A stretch of 61,680 bases of DNA, counting the filler, from Choristocarpus tenellus KU-1152 (taxonomy: Eukaryota; Protista; Phaeophyceae), in the NCBI GenBank assembly GCA_964200185.2. It is 10 parts of 10 records of this genome, joined end to end, with 100 filler letters (N's around TTAATTAATTAA, not from the genome) between each part and the next. Parts side by side here need not be neighbours in the genome. Positions count along the whole stretch, not along the records: positions 5,536 to 21,436 come from CAXNAD020000908.1; positions 21,537 to 30,526 come from CAXNAD020004108.1; 8 more parts are not named here. One strand, 5' to 3'. Each line of letters opens with the position of its first letter. Positions within the stretch are counted from its first letter, which is position 1. Positions 13,264-24,474 of the stretch are shown one piece after another. The notes under the pieces were generated by a model, which had not been told where the DNA came from, did no database searches, and was given only the letters and a program-made list of their open reading frames with translations. The position numbers and the translations under genes were made by a program.

Positions 13264-14126
13264 CTACTTTCAGATACACAGCGAAATCAGTATCTTCTGC
13301 ATCACCCTGCCAGTCTTGATACCTTCATTCCGAACCTCTTTCCATCTCCTCATAGCATCATCCCAATGCAAAAAGACAATCTTTCACCTTCATCCTTGAC
13401 ATGTGACACCTAACTCAGTTCAGTGGCTGCCATTGACACGTCCAACCCATCACATAGGGCAACCATCACAGCAGATGCCCTTGCTCTCCACAGGGATATT
13501 CTGACCCGCGGTGGGAAACAAGCAAATTCACTCTGCGCCATTTTTTTTCTTTATATATCACAACCTCCACAATCTTCTCTCAATCACCATCCATCTTGCC
13601 TACTCCTGACCAACAGGAGACAGTCCGTAAGTGTTTGCCTATCAACTCAACAAGCTCCTTTACCACACATGCAACCTAATCATCACCCTTCATTAGGTCA
13701 ATATTTGTTCCAACAAGAACAGAGCAACCAGGCACTCTGCATAGTAATAGATCAAGCCAGCTGTACACAAGTTTACCTTTGACTTTTCATGGTAGAACTT
13801 GTAGAGGTCAACTACAAGAAGGTGCAAGGTGCCAAGTGTTAAGAAAATAGGATGCATAGAGTCATTCATACGTGTGCACCAAAGTCACACAACACCAACT
13901 CTACCAGCTCTTCAGGTTTCAGCTTCCAAAGATGGGTATCCACACCCAGAGTGCTATCTTCCAGTTTAGTCAAAGAAGGCTTGCCTGCCAACATACTCCT
14001 GACCACACTGGTCTTACCTGCACAGACCAACCGTAACCACCTTGGGCGTGAAGGACTTAGTCGACCCAGAACATTCAATCGCCTCATTATAACGAACAGT
14101 GCCCTCCAGACCATTATCCATATCAG
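13264..14126 (-). pseudogene. ROC GTPase and N-terminal COR exon of the ROCO locus
   Basis: KVVTVG/CAGKTSVVRSM (P-loop), STLGVD (switch I), LCDFGAH (switch II), HPIFLT..LHLLVVDL, VYSWLDLLLCRVPGCSVLVGTNID. Frameshift in the P-loop and several stops. Confidence 0.9.
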
Positions 14127-16076
14127 CTGGAGAACTAGACTCAAATGTTACCAAAAAAACAGGAAGTATCTAGTTTTTCCATGTTCTCCGATGCTGTGCT
14201 GCTTTCTGTTGAAAATCTGATCAAAAATAACATAGATAATAATAATGTAGATATTAATGAAATATGGAAGGAGACAATAAGAATTCAATGCAGTCACTAG
14301 GGTTAGGGCTAGTAAATAATGACCAACAAAACGTAATGGGTTAGGGTTAGGAGTTAGCTAGGGTTAGTAACCCTAGTAAATAATGACATACAACAAAAAA
14401 AGTAATGACATAGCATTCTCACACAATAATTACTATTATCAAAAAACACAGTTCACAGACAATGACACAACTAAAAGCAAACTCAATGCAATGAACGATT
14501 CCTGTACAAAAAGGAGATGTGAACAAGAATTGAAATACCAAAAATTAAAACATACATTTAAAGAATTTGAAGGCATGATCAAGCAAACAGTAGAGAACTC
14601 CAAGAACAAAAAAGAATAGTTCAACAGGAGAAACACTGGAAGGAAAAAACTTCACTAACAAAGCACGTTCAAAACATAAAAATAATCTCATTCAATGGTC
14701 GAGTGACAAAGCATGCAAAATTGAGAGCACATGTCTTCTTACCATCACAAATTTCCAATTACCTTCTATGTTCAGACTGACTAAACATATTCACCCAACC
14801 TATTTACAACACCATACACAAAGGAGAGCAAAAACAGTGGCGCTACCACAATACAAAATACCTGCTTAGGGTTAGGGTTAGGGTTAACTATGGTGCCGTG
14901 AGTAATATATCCACAACTAATTTGTCTACACTCTTGTCCAGTACAAACATCACCTGGAGGTAGACAACAACCGTCAAGCGCACTACATCAATCACTCTCC
15001 TGTCGACACATCTCATTGTCACACTAATCAATATCAAACCAACCACTGTAATAATGACTATTACTATATATACATAATAACAATCATTATTATATATACA
15101 CCTTGCAGTTGATATGTGAACAGCATGCAACATTAGCAAGGGAATAACATATCGTGGCAAGAAATATGATTGTGCCTTCCAATTTGAAACTAGAACACAG
15201 AACACAGAATTGAGAATAATGAACTGTCACACATAATGTGTACTTAACTTATACTAAACTTGTACTTAACTTACCGTTCACAACAAAAGACAATTCATCA
15301 AATGGAAATGTGCATCATGTCCCACAAAAACGTTACATGATGACATGCGCACCTGTTGATCCACCTTGCTTGTCATGTATATATTTGTTGTCAGGAAAAT
15401 AGCAAAAGAAAATATGTAGATACTAACCCTAACCCTACAAACATACGTATCACGACTCAATAACATATTCTAGCCCAGACTATAGGTTTGAATTGATAAC
15501 TTATCTAGCATTAATGGTATTACTTTTATGTCACATATTATTATTGCTCTGAACGATAGATTAACAAAAGGATATCAACAGAACACACAGAAGGGTTAGG
15601 GTTAGGTAACCGACAAGTAAAATTATTAATTTTACAAGGGTCTGTTGTATTCACTCCACAGCACATAAATCCAGCAAATGGTAATATAAAAACCAAATAA
15701 AATAAAACATATTTACACACCAGCTACAAGAAGGGTCAACAAACAATTGACACAAAAATAAACGTGTACTAATCAGTACACAACTGATCATTCGTAAAAA
15801 TACTTTATAACCTACCATCCTTACAACTGACTGAAACGAAAACATATTGATTAGACAAGACACTCTTGTCAAAAGCAGTTAGCTTTACCAAAATATCATA
15901 CACACTGACCTTACAAATTAGAAATATAAAATCAGGAGTTGAAAATAAAGTATAAATATATAAAACAAAAATAAAGGTGACAAATGAGATGCTCTGACAC
16001 TTACCCAGCTTGAATTGACATGAGGTTAGCAGGACAGCAGAAGAAAAACTACATGGACACTGAAAAGACTAGTCAC

Positions 16077-16148
16077 CTTCAAGTTTGAGGTAGCTGAGAT
16101 CTAGACTCTCAAGGGGGTAAGGATTCCTCAGCGTTGCAGGTATTTCCT
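16077..16148 (-). CDS. Canonical 72-nt phase-1/phase-1 LRR exon
   Basis: tag|AG GAA ATA CCT...CTT GAA G|gtgact encodes EIPATLRNPYPLESLDLSYLKLE, exactly one 24-aa LRR. Confidence 0.85.
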
Positions 16149-16370
16149 CTACAAGACCTATTCAAGTTTATCAGTAGGTAGTTGCACATAATCAGATAAA
16201 TGAAAAATCAATTAATAATCAAAATATATGTTTCACTGTAAATTGAAGAACAAAAGCACAAAAATTTCAACAATTAACAGGGATAGTAGGAGCATTATAC
16301 AACTTGTAACAACTAGTACTTCAAGATATAACCAAAACATCCCTTTGTACACAAACATACTCTTTACCAA

Positions 16371-16597
16371 CATTACTCTACCACTTCAGACAAAGGTTCA
16401 ATGGAATAGAACAATCAAAACTAAGGGTTAGGGTTTGGGGTTAGGGATGGACCAACACTATTATACCACGTCAGAAAAAGGTTCAATCAAATAGAACAAT
16501 GAAAAGTAAGGGTTAGGGTTTGGGGTTAGGGATAGACCCACATTATCATACCACTTCAGACGAAGGTTCAATCAAATAGACCAATCAAAACCAAGTC
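16371..16597. repeat. 85-bp intronic tandem repeat (~2.6 copies) containing TTAGGG-like motifs
   Basis: CCAC(T/G)TCAGA starts at 16381, 16466 and 16551. Full units contain AAGGGTTAGGGTTTGGGGTTAGGG. Confidence 0.9.
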
Positions 16598-16960
16598 ATT
16601 AAACTAAGTCATTCGTTCAATATTGCATATTTGGAAAAAGCTTGCTCAATAAACACTTATCTTATTGATTACTCACACCATAAAAATCTCCTGCACGAGT
16701 AATAAAAAGGCCTACACATATAATCCTAATCATCAATGATAAAGAAAATACAGTAAGTATTGGTCACACAAGAAATCATACAAAATTTTGAAACAATTGG
16801 AAGCCACACCATCCTAAGAAGACAGCAACAAGTGTGATGCAACCATGTTCACACAGATCGCTGTAAAGATAAGGTCAAAGAGGCAGGAACCAGAACAACA
16901 TGTACACTAAACCATGTACACCAAACAAGAACATATACACCAAACCAAAACTTCCCACAC

Positions 16961-17063
16961 CTTTTCAACCAAGTGTTGTCCTGTGAATGTCACCCCTTGA
17001 AGATGTCAAGAAGATGTCAAGTTCTCAGGTTGTGCAGATTTCCCAGTGATGCAGGAATGGTTC
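16961..17063 (-). pseudogene. Disrupted LRR exon in gene-sense orientation
   Basis: GTIPASLGNLHNLRT then TGA. Contains an 11-nt tandem duplication (CTTGACATCTT x2). Confidence 0.85.
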
Positions 17064-17738
17064 CTGCATTAAAAATATTGCACTCATATAATCCTTTATC
17101 ATACATACATATCAATAAAATATGATCAAATTTGCATAGGTACAGCCATAAGCAACAAACAAAAGAGACCCAACAACAGTGACAAAAACATGTTTTACTT
17201 ACTCCACAATTTTGATGACAAAGCAATAATAGCCACAAGATATATCCTAGCAACACACCAACAATAACTGGAGTTTATGACACAAATCAAAACACAACAT
17301 ATGTAGTCTCAAAAAGACATCAAAATGCTTTGTAGGTATCACGTGACAATCTTCAGTCATGGTCCACTTAGGGTTAGGGTTAGCATTGAAGATTGCAACA
17401 TAAAAATGCCTGTCACACAAAAGCCTTGAAAAAATGATAAAATTTGAATCATCAGGCAACATAGGACACAACCAACACTTTAAGAGTCACATCTCTATTG
17501 TTTCAGATAAGAACATCCAGTTGTGTTGCTAGGATTTATCTTGCAGGTACTGTTACTTTGCCATCATAATTGTTCAGTACGTAAAACGTGTTTGAGTCAC
17601 TAACATTGTTAAGTATCTTTTTCTGTGTACTTTTTATTTATATTTTTCTTGTGGCTGTACCTATGAAAATTTGGTAAACATTTGCTGATTCATCTGTATG
17701 CTAATGAATGATATGAACGTAATGCATTGCTTTTACAG

Positions 17739-17837
17739 GAACCATTCCTGCATCACTAGGAAATCTCCACAACCTGAAAACTCTATATCTTTTCGCACAA
17801 AGAAATGTTTTTAAAAGAGGAGAAAGAGGAGAAAGTG
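17739..17837 (+). other. Open LRR exon in antisense orientation inside the ROCO gene
   Basis: ttttacag|GA ACC ATT CCT GCA TCA CTA GGA AAT CTC...AGT G|gtgaat. 99 nt, phase 1/1, encodes GTIPASLGNLHNLKTLYLFAQRNVFKRGERGES. Confidence 0.88.
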
Positions 17838-18424
17838 GTGAATAGTTTTGGTTTGACTTGTGTAAATGTTCTGGTTCCTGCCTCTTTGAACTTGTATTCA
17901 AAGCAACCTAAATCAAAACACAAAAATAGTCTCAAAAAGACACCAAAATGCCTTTTATATGACACGAGAAAATATTCAATGGTGCTCTACGTATGTTAAT
18001 GGTTAGCTTTTACTAAATACTAGAAACTCTGAATCATAGCAAGAGGAGTCTAGGTGATGTATTCCCCTACAAGTATTTAACACATGCTGTATCAATGACC
18101 TCCAAAAGCGATAGAAGTCAAGTACTGCCTAGTGTGCATATACCACATTCCTTCTTACGACCACTAGCGCCGAAAAAACCTCGACCAATACTATGTGATC
18201 CTAACGTCACAGTCACTGGTCTATGTGTCAACACATATGCACAGATATTCAGTGTGAGGTCATTGATAGTTCACATCTGTACAATACCTCCACAAGTGTG
18301 TAAACAATATTGCGCCCTTTAATAGACACATCACAAATACAAAGCCAATCCATACAAGGAGCCACCTCGAAATGGACATGCACCATACAAATTTGCAATA
18401 TGAAACACGACAGTCAAATCTTAC

Positions 18425-18602
18425 AAATGAGGCTGTTTTCGAAGAGGTCGATCTTAGCCACTTGTCCTTCATCGTCGACTCCAACCCCGTACCACGTTAC
18501 CAGGTTATGGGTATTGGAGTTCCAGGCAATATTGTTGTTCCATGGATGTCCATTCGTGGAGGCATAGAAATCAAGAAGAATCTCCCGTTGCGTGACTGTC
18601 AT
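18425..18602 (-). CDS. First coding exon: LRR N-terminal cap
   Basis: MTVTQREILLDFYASTNGHPWNNNIAWNSNTHNLVTWYGVGVDDEGQVAKIDLFENSLI matches the R..L...Y..T.G..W..N..W....L..W.GV.....G.V..I.L..N.L cap. Phase-1 donor GTAAG. Confidence 0.9.
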
Positions 18603-19029
18603 CGAGAAGTGAAGGGTAACAAGCGACAAACGCGAGACCAAACTCATCAGTTGCTGTTCTCTGCCATTTTTCTTCTCAACCTACCCCCTGAAACACAATG
18701 AAAACAACCCACCTGCTATCTGAGAATATTCCAACCTACGAGTCTCCGTCCCAATGACCACCCATGAAAGAGGACAACCACACGCCCCGGACGACAGCAA
18801 ATACAATTTGTGTAGAATCTACGTGTTGGCTTTACCTCTTCGTTGTGTGATGATCATCTATCCTCTATTTATGAGTGAGTTGGTAGGTAGGTGTGGTGAA
18901 TAATTCGTTGGTGATGGTAAGACGTAAGGAAATAATCAGAAAAAAATCAATTCTCCGAACTCTCTACAAACACCTCACCTCTCCAACCAAACTTTCAAAA
19001 TCTAGGAATTTTCATTAACCTACCAAATT

Positions 19030-19497
19030 TAGAAGTCCCGTCCACTGACCAGACCAGTCAGGTAATAATTTAACATGTCCTGGTCCATGCCCACTAAGTA
19101 TTAAACCGATCAATCTCCAACGTCTGGACCAGCCCGAACATTCTCTCACATATCCGGACCATATTCAATGCGTATTGTACTGGTCCATGTCCACCAGCCT
19201 GACAGGGTGGAGTATTCTCTAACATGTCCGGACCATGACAACTGGGTATTGTACAAGTCCATGTCCACCTACCACACATTCTAACTTTTTCCCTTGCATG
19301 TCTGGACCATGTCCACAACATGTTCTACAAATCTAGCTCTCAGTTTCATTTGACATTTCCATGCGAACAATGAAAATTTGTACGGCATATATTGAAGGAT
19401 AAGTTATACTCCAATATGTGCACATAGACAGCGCTCTTTCAAATCATCTCCAGACCCCCTTGGTTCGAACTCGTGAGGAAAATGCACTTCTGTATAG
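19030..19497. repeat. Second copy of the CATGTCCGGACCATG sub-repeat element (see 4190-4480)
   Basis: Shared ACATGTCCTGGTCCATG, ATTCTCTAACATGTCC.GAC.ATG, TGAAAA.T.TGTAC and TTGGTT.GAA.TC.TGA blocks in the same order. Confidence 0.7.
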
Positions 19498-20890
19498 ATT
19501 ATTATACCCTCTGACATTTTGCAGATGTGTCAGGGGAAAAGTCAAACCAATATCACAAGCACTCCAGTAAAAGTAACACTTGTCGTAAATGCGAAAGATG
19601 TATCTCTAAAATTTACTCACAATTTGAATATCAGCAATACTACAAACACTCCCTTAAAGCTTGGTGATTACAATGTTTTCTGTACATTGCTACTATGCCT
19701 CCAACCTATCTCACCCGTATACAACTGGGTGAAGACCTAGGGAAGCATCCCAAGAATCTGACAAGTCCCTCCTTGCCCATCTGCCTGGTGTCTCTATCCT
19801 GAACCACACGACACTATCCCGAGAGAGTCACCTGTATTGTGACAGGCACTATCTGTTATAAGCGGGATATGTTTGCCCCTTTCTGCTTTAACCTCCCACC
19901 CCTCTCCCCCTTATTCCCTGCGTAGCCAACTCATCCAGAAAACTTTATGTTCACTTACCAAGGCGCCCAAAACTTTCCACTGCAAATGTGCTAAGGTTAA
20001 AACTACGAGGAGGGTCAAAAAACAACTCGTAGTGAGTGCACTTTTGCGCCTCAGCTGCAGATACAGGCACACCATTGCTGGTTGATGAGTGTGGCAGACG
20101 GGGTACTGCTTGCACCTCTGCAGTTGCAACATCCAGGAGGAGGCCTTTGTCTCGGTAGGGAGCTGATCCAGCGTCCACAAGTGTCTCAGCATCGACGACG
20201 ACATCCATGCGGAAATTCCTGTCTACTGTGAATGGGCTACCATCCTCCACAGTCCAAGGGATGCCAATTCCCTTGCAGAGTTGACCTAGACGCTTAGACA
20301 TCGGTATATCCGGGCAAACCTGTCCCCCTGCCCTGGGGCAGGTACGAACATGTCTAGTGTTGACATAGTGCCTCCTGCTCCCAGCCACTGGGCACCTGTT
20401 TGATAGGGCCTCCTCCCTCCCTAGAGATCTGCTTGTAGTGAGTCTGAGCTCTATGAGAAGGATCTGGTGTGTTGGTTCCGGGGGTTGTGTGAAGGTCCAT
20501 GCATTTGCCCCTTGTCCACACTGACTCTGGTGGCGGGCCAGGGCTAGCAAAGAACTTTCTCCCCATTGTTCTACATCGTCTGGTAGTTTGGCCAATTGCA
20601 TTCATAAAGAAGAGTCGAACCGGATCCTGTTCAGGAGGCAGGAAATCTCATGTTGTGCCCTCCTTGTGATCCTTGCGTCATGGGCTACTAGAGTGTGGAC
20701 CTCTGGGACAAACGTAGGGATTGTTTTACACCAGGCTACCCAGCCTTGGTCAATAATTCTCGCCAAGTCTTCTGAAGGGACTCTTGTAGAGAGAAGGGCG
20801 TGGATGGATGATTCCAAGGCCCAAACTGTGGGGCTCTTACAGAACGCTTTTGAGAAAACCTCTCAACGTGGTTTAGGGTGGGGGTAGTGG
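19497..20890 (-). mobile_element. 5'-truncated, decayed CRE-like RLE non-LTR retrotransposon
   Basis: ORF 19951-20601 has a CP..HVRTC Zn-knuckle remnant, RMDVVV..LLLDV (PD-D/E-type nuclease), AEAQKCTHY and TFAVESFGRLG. The 3' UTR ends in AAAATGTCAGAGGGTATAATAAT. No RT domain remains. Confidence 0.85.
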
Positions 20891-21279
20891 CCACTAGCAA
20901 TCCTACAAGGGCTGCATGTATGTGCAGTGAGGAAATAAAAATATAAATATGAACAAAATATTGTTTCATTTACATACTCACTATTGACACGCTTGACCAT
21001 TAACGAATGAGCGCCATCTAGTCCGCATGAAATCCTCAAAATATGGTTAGATACAACAATATTAACTTACCTGGTGAATTGCTTTCATTTGAAGAAAAAA
21101 TAAATGAACATGTGTTTTTCTGGCGTCAATGTATATTAGCCCAAAAGAATAAGTGTTCACAGCGTTCAAAATCATAACTTACGTTTCAGGTACATCACCT
21201 GACATTTTTTTCTGGCATGCACACACTTTCACACGAGATTCCTTCTGCTTGGTTGCAGCACCCTCACCTCCTGTCTTAA

Positions 21280-21436
21280 GGGTCAGAGTATCTGAGGGGG
21301 GTGGGTGGTTTGTGAGGGGGCGTCCGTTTCGGTCAAACTACTCTTTTTTTGCTGACATTTCAAATCCGACACGTGCGACCAAATCACACCAAAAAAGGGA
21401 AAGTCGAAAAAAGGGTGAAAATCAGATGCCGACCCC
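21280..21436. mobile_element. MITE-family element, left part, cut by contig end
   Basis: GGGTCAGAGTATCTGAGGGGG terminus and GCGTCCGTTT subterminal motif. Confidence 0.7.
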
Positions 21437-21536
21437 NNNNNNNNNNNNNNNNNNNNNNNNNNNNNNNNNNNNNNNNNNNNTTAATTAATTAANNNNNNNN
21501 NNNNNNNNNNNNNNNNNNNNNNNNNNNNNNNNNNNN

Positions 21537-21556
21537 CCCCCCAGATACTTTGACCC
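21537..21556. mobile_element. MITE terminal inverted repeat at a contig start
   Basis: CCCCCCAGATACTTTGACCC. Confidence 0.8.
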
Positions 21557-24474
21557 AGCTCAAAGCATGGGAGTGTGTCAAGAAATTGTTTCATATTCAT
21601 GTGTGTAAGAAGATTCTGTAAGAAACTATAAATTATGAAGAGACCATGTTTGTGTTCTGAAGAATAGAAGATACGTTTGGGTTAAAGAACTAGAATATGG
21701 AAGAGTTCAGGAATAGGAAACATTGTAGGAAGATATCTGTGATTAGTGACTACTGATCCACAGAATAGGAATGATTTGGCGGCAAGGACCTCCCCCACTC
21801 TGTGCTTGTTAACTCACTCCTCTTTTCTCCTTCCTTCGCCTACAACCTGTTCTACCCAGTAAGGAATCGATGAAGTTATTTACATACACAAGTCTTGGAA
21901 ACATCAGCTTTCTTCACACATTTCCTCAGCACAGAGGGTGAGAAAGTGGGTCTGTAGAGCAAAAGAACTGGTCCTCCTCCTACGGACTAATATCTCGCCC
22001 CCTTTGGCTTTAAAAGCAATTCACCCGCCACTTTGTTACTATTTGGCGACCCTTGAAGGTGTCTATGTTCCTTAGAGGACTTTTTACTGAACCGGGAAAA
22101 CATGATGCGAATAGGCCACAAGCCAGTTCTGGTGAAATATATGGTTTTGATGGGACCAATTGAGGACCGATGTAATGTCTGTAGGTTCAGGTCACTGACC
22201 GTCCCTGGTGAAATATTTTTGAACAGGGCAGGACCGTCAGATTGGGCAACCAGATTGGGTCATGGGCTGGCCCTGGCCAATCATGGTTAGCACTGCCGGT
22301 CCAAGACTGTGAAAGATTGTAACCGGACCAGGACGTGGGCCTATTTGTTGCTCCATTAAATCATAGTATTGCATTTTACAGAGGAAGTCCGGTCAGCTCT
22401 CAGTTTTAATATCATGTTGTGAAGACAACAGTGTAGCTTGAGGTATAAATATATATATATATTTGCAGAAGTATTTCGGAAAATTTTGGGGCTGTGCAGA
22501 GGGACAGTGGTCTGACCATTCGGTCTTGTCAACTTCCCCTCTGGTGAAACTTCCTGCTACGTATGAAGCATAGAGTGAAATATCTGGGGGATAGAATGTC
22601 CTTCTGAGTTTGTTGTGGTATTTTCTGGCCAAGACTTCTCATGTTTTGCCACTCCAAGGGGTCAGATAAAAAAAAAAGACAGATCATCAACCATGTTTTG
22701 GTACACACCTAATAAAAAGGCATGATGACATGGCAAGCCTTGTTCAGAATTCCAAATTCTTAGAAAAGGTAAAGGTTCCACAAACTAATAATACTGTATT
22801 CCTTCCACTACATCTGGCTGTTGTTTATTGTTGATGCTGTATTTCCTCCCAAGGCGGAGGGCGATGCCAGCATGTTGGATTGTCTTTGTTGTCCTGCGGG
22901 TGCCAGGGTTCAAAATAAGTCAGAAGTTGCGTGCAGTCAGGTCCAACTGGAAGGCACACTCATACACGTACGTATATATGTATCTCTATCCCAATGGTTG
23001 CTGTAGCCACAGTCTGACTGGTGACCTGGAGATAATAGCTCTGAACGGCTAGGTTTCAGTGATGCTAGGTCCTTAGTCCTCTACCAGGGACTCTCTACCA
23101 TCAAGGAAATGATTTCTTCTGATCGCCTCATTACAAATAGGTCCTCAGTCAATCATATGTTGGCCATCACCAAGTTTTTTCTCCTCACACATCTTTTAAT
23201 ACATCTCTTGTTGTTGGTCAGCTTGAGGACATCTTTTCTTTCTTGTTGCTTAGTGCAGCATTAGGTTTCCCTCTGCTATATGCCCACCATGCAGACAACT
23301 CATTTAGGCCTCCTCTGTATGTGTGCGGATCTTCTTCATTGCAGACCAGTAGGTTCTCAGTTAGAAATCGTAGAAGAGCAACATCGTTTTTTCAACGAAC
23401 TGTTATATTCACTTTCGTATATATTATTCTTCATAGAAATTATTCCTGCTTTATACATAGCCTTCAGGTCTTCATCTGAAAAATGCAGGGATCGAGCAGT
23501 CTAGGTGGACCCTGATTGATCACCACTAAAGCTACAATTCAAACAGGATGAAAGTGAGAGTAGTGTGGGTAATCATGCTTTGTTTTTCAAAGCTCCAAAA
23601 CAATAGAGCAGTACGAATACGAAAAGGGTGGTGTCAGACGCATTGTTTTGACACGATGTCCTGTTACAAAGCACAATACACCATGGAGCATTTTGTGGCC
23701 ATCACTCTTGACTCGGCCTGGCTGCTGCCTACGGCCTCCTATACTGCCCCCCCCTTCTATAGAAACTGTAAACTGTACAACACTAAGGGCTCATCACTGT
23801 TACACCTTAGGAGCTTTCCTAGTATACAACGCATGAGCTCAACAACAAGGCTCTAGAGCTCTCTCAGAATGCCTGCATTATCCATTGCGGTGTCATCAGG
23901 TTCCATCAGACACACCTGGTGTGTTTGGGTCTAGGGACAAAGCACGTTACTACTCTCTTGTATCTGCTACATACGAAATTTGTCCTGCATGCCACAGAAA
24001 TAAGGCCAAGCAGATCGGAAACAAACTAAACTCTCTGACTGATATACGAAACAAAATTTCCCTTCGTTTGAATCCTTAATCAAGACACATATATCACATT
24101 TGCCTGATTGGTTAATGCAAAAACGAAAACTGAAAATTATCTAATACATTCCATGTTGTAATTCCATCAAAGCTCCTTGAAAAGAAAATCTACTCTACAC
24201 TCTCTCAAGTGCATGGTTGGTAACTCACGCTATACGCTGAGTTATGCAAAGGTGAGATCTGCCGATGGATTGAATTGCTATGTAGTTCTTTCCCTTCAAA
24301 CTTACGATGCTATTACTGGTACATACATGAGACAAGTGCAATCAGGCCCTGATGCATGACCAAGTGCACTTGACTCCGCACGAGTGCATTTTCGAATATT
24401 CCATGTAATATGATAATACACACAAAAAATTGTATCATCTCCAACTCAGGCTCTAAGAAAGTGTAACAAAAAAG

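Larger units (their letters stand above)
9163..18602 (-). pseudogene. Decayed LRR-ROC-COR-kinase (ROCO / LRRK-like) gene
   Basis: GT-AG exons in colinear order: LRR N-cap 18425-18602, LRR exons 16961-17063 and 16077-16148, ROC 13264-14126, COR 11803-12621, TKL kinase exons ~11008-9163. Multiple stops and frameshifts in ROC, COR and kinase exons. Confidence 0.88.

Noticed and set aside
14743-14800. Possible extra LRR-like exon (CLVSLNIEGNWKF) before the ROC exon
   Set aside because: In-frame stop and phase mismatch with the next exon. Too weak to call.
16371-16597. Regularly spaced repeats as a CRISPR array (also 56673-56900 and 58497-58661)
   Set aside because: Whole units repeat with no unique spacers, they lie in eukaryotic introns, and no cas genes are present.
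21576-21920. Possible solo LTR (TGT...ACA after GGGAGTG)
   Set aside because: No second copy, TSD or adjacent internal domain visible.
22090-22340. Weak inverted similarity to 33085-33390
   Set aside because: Only short patches match by eye. An alignment is needed before calling a repeat family.
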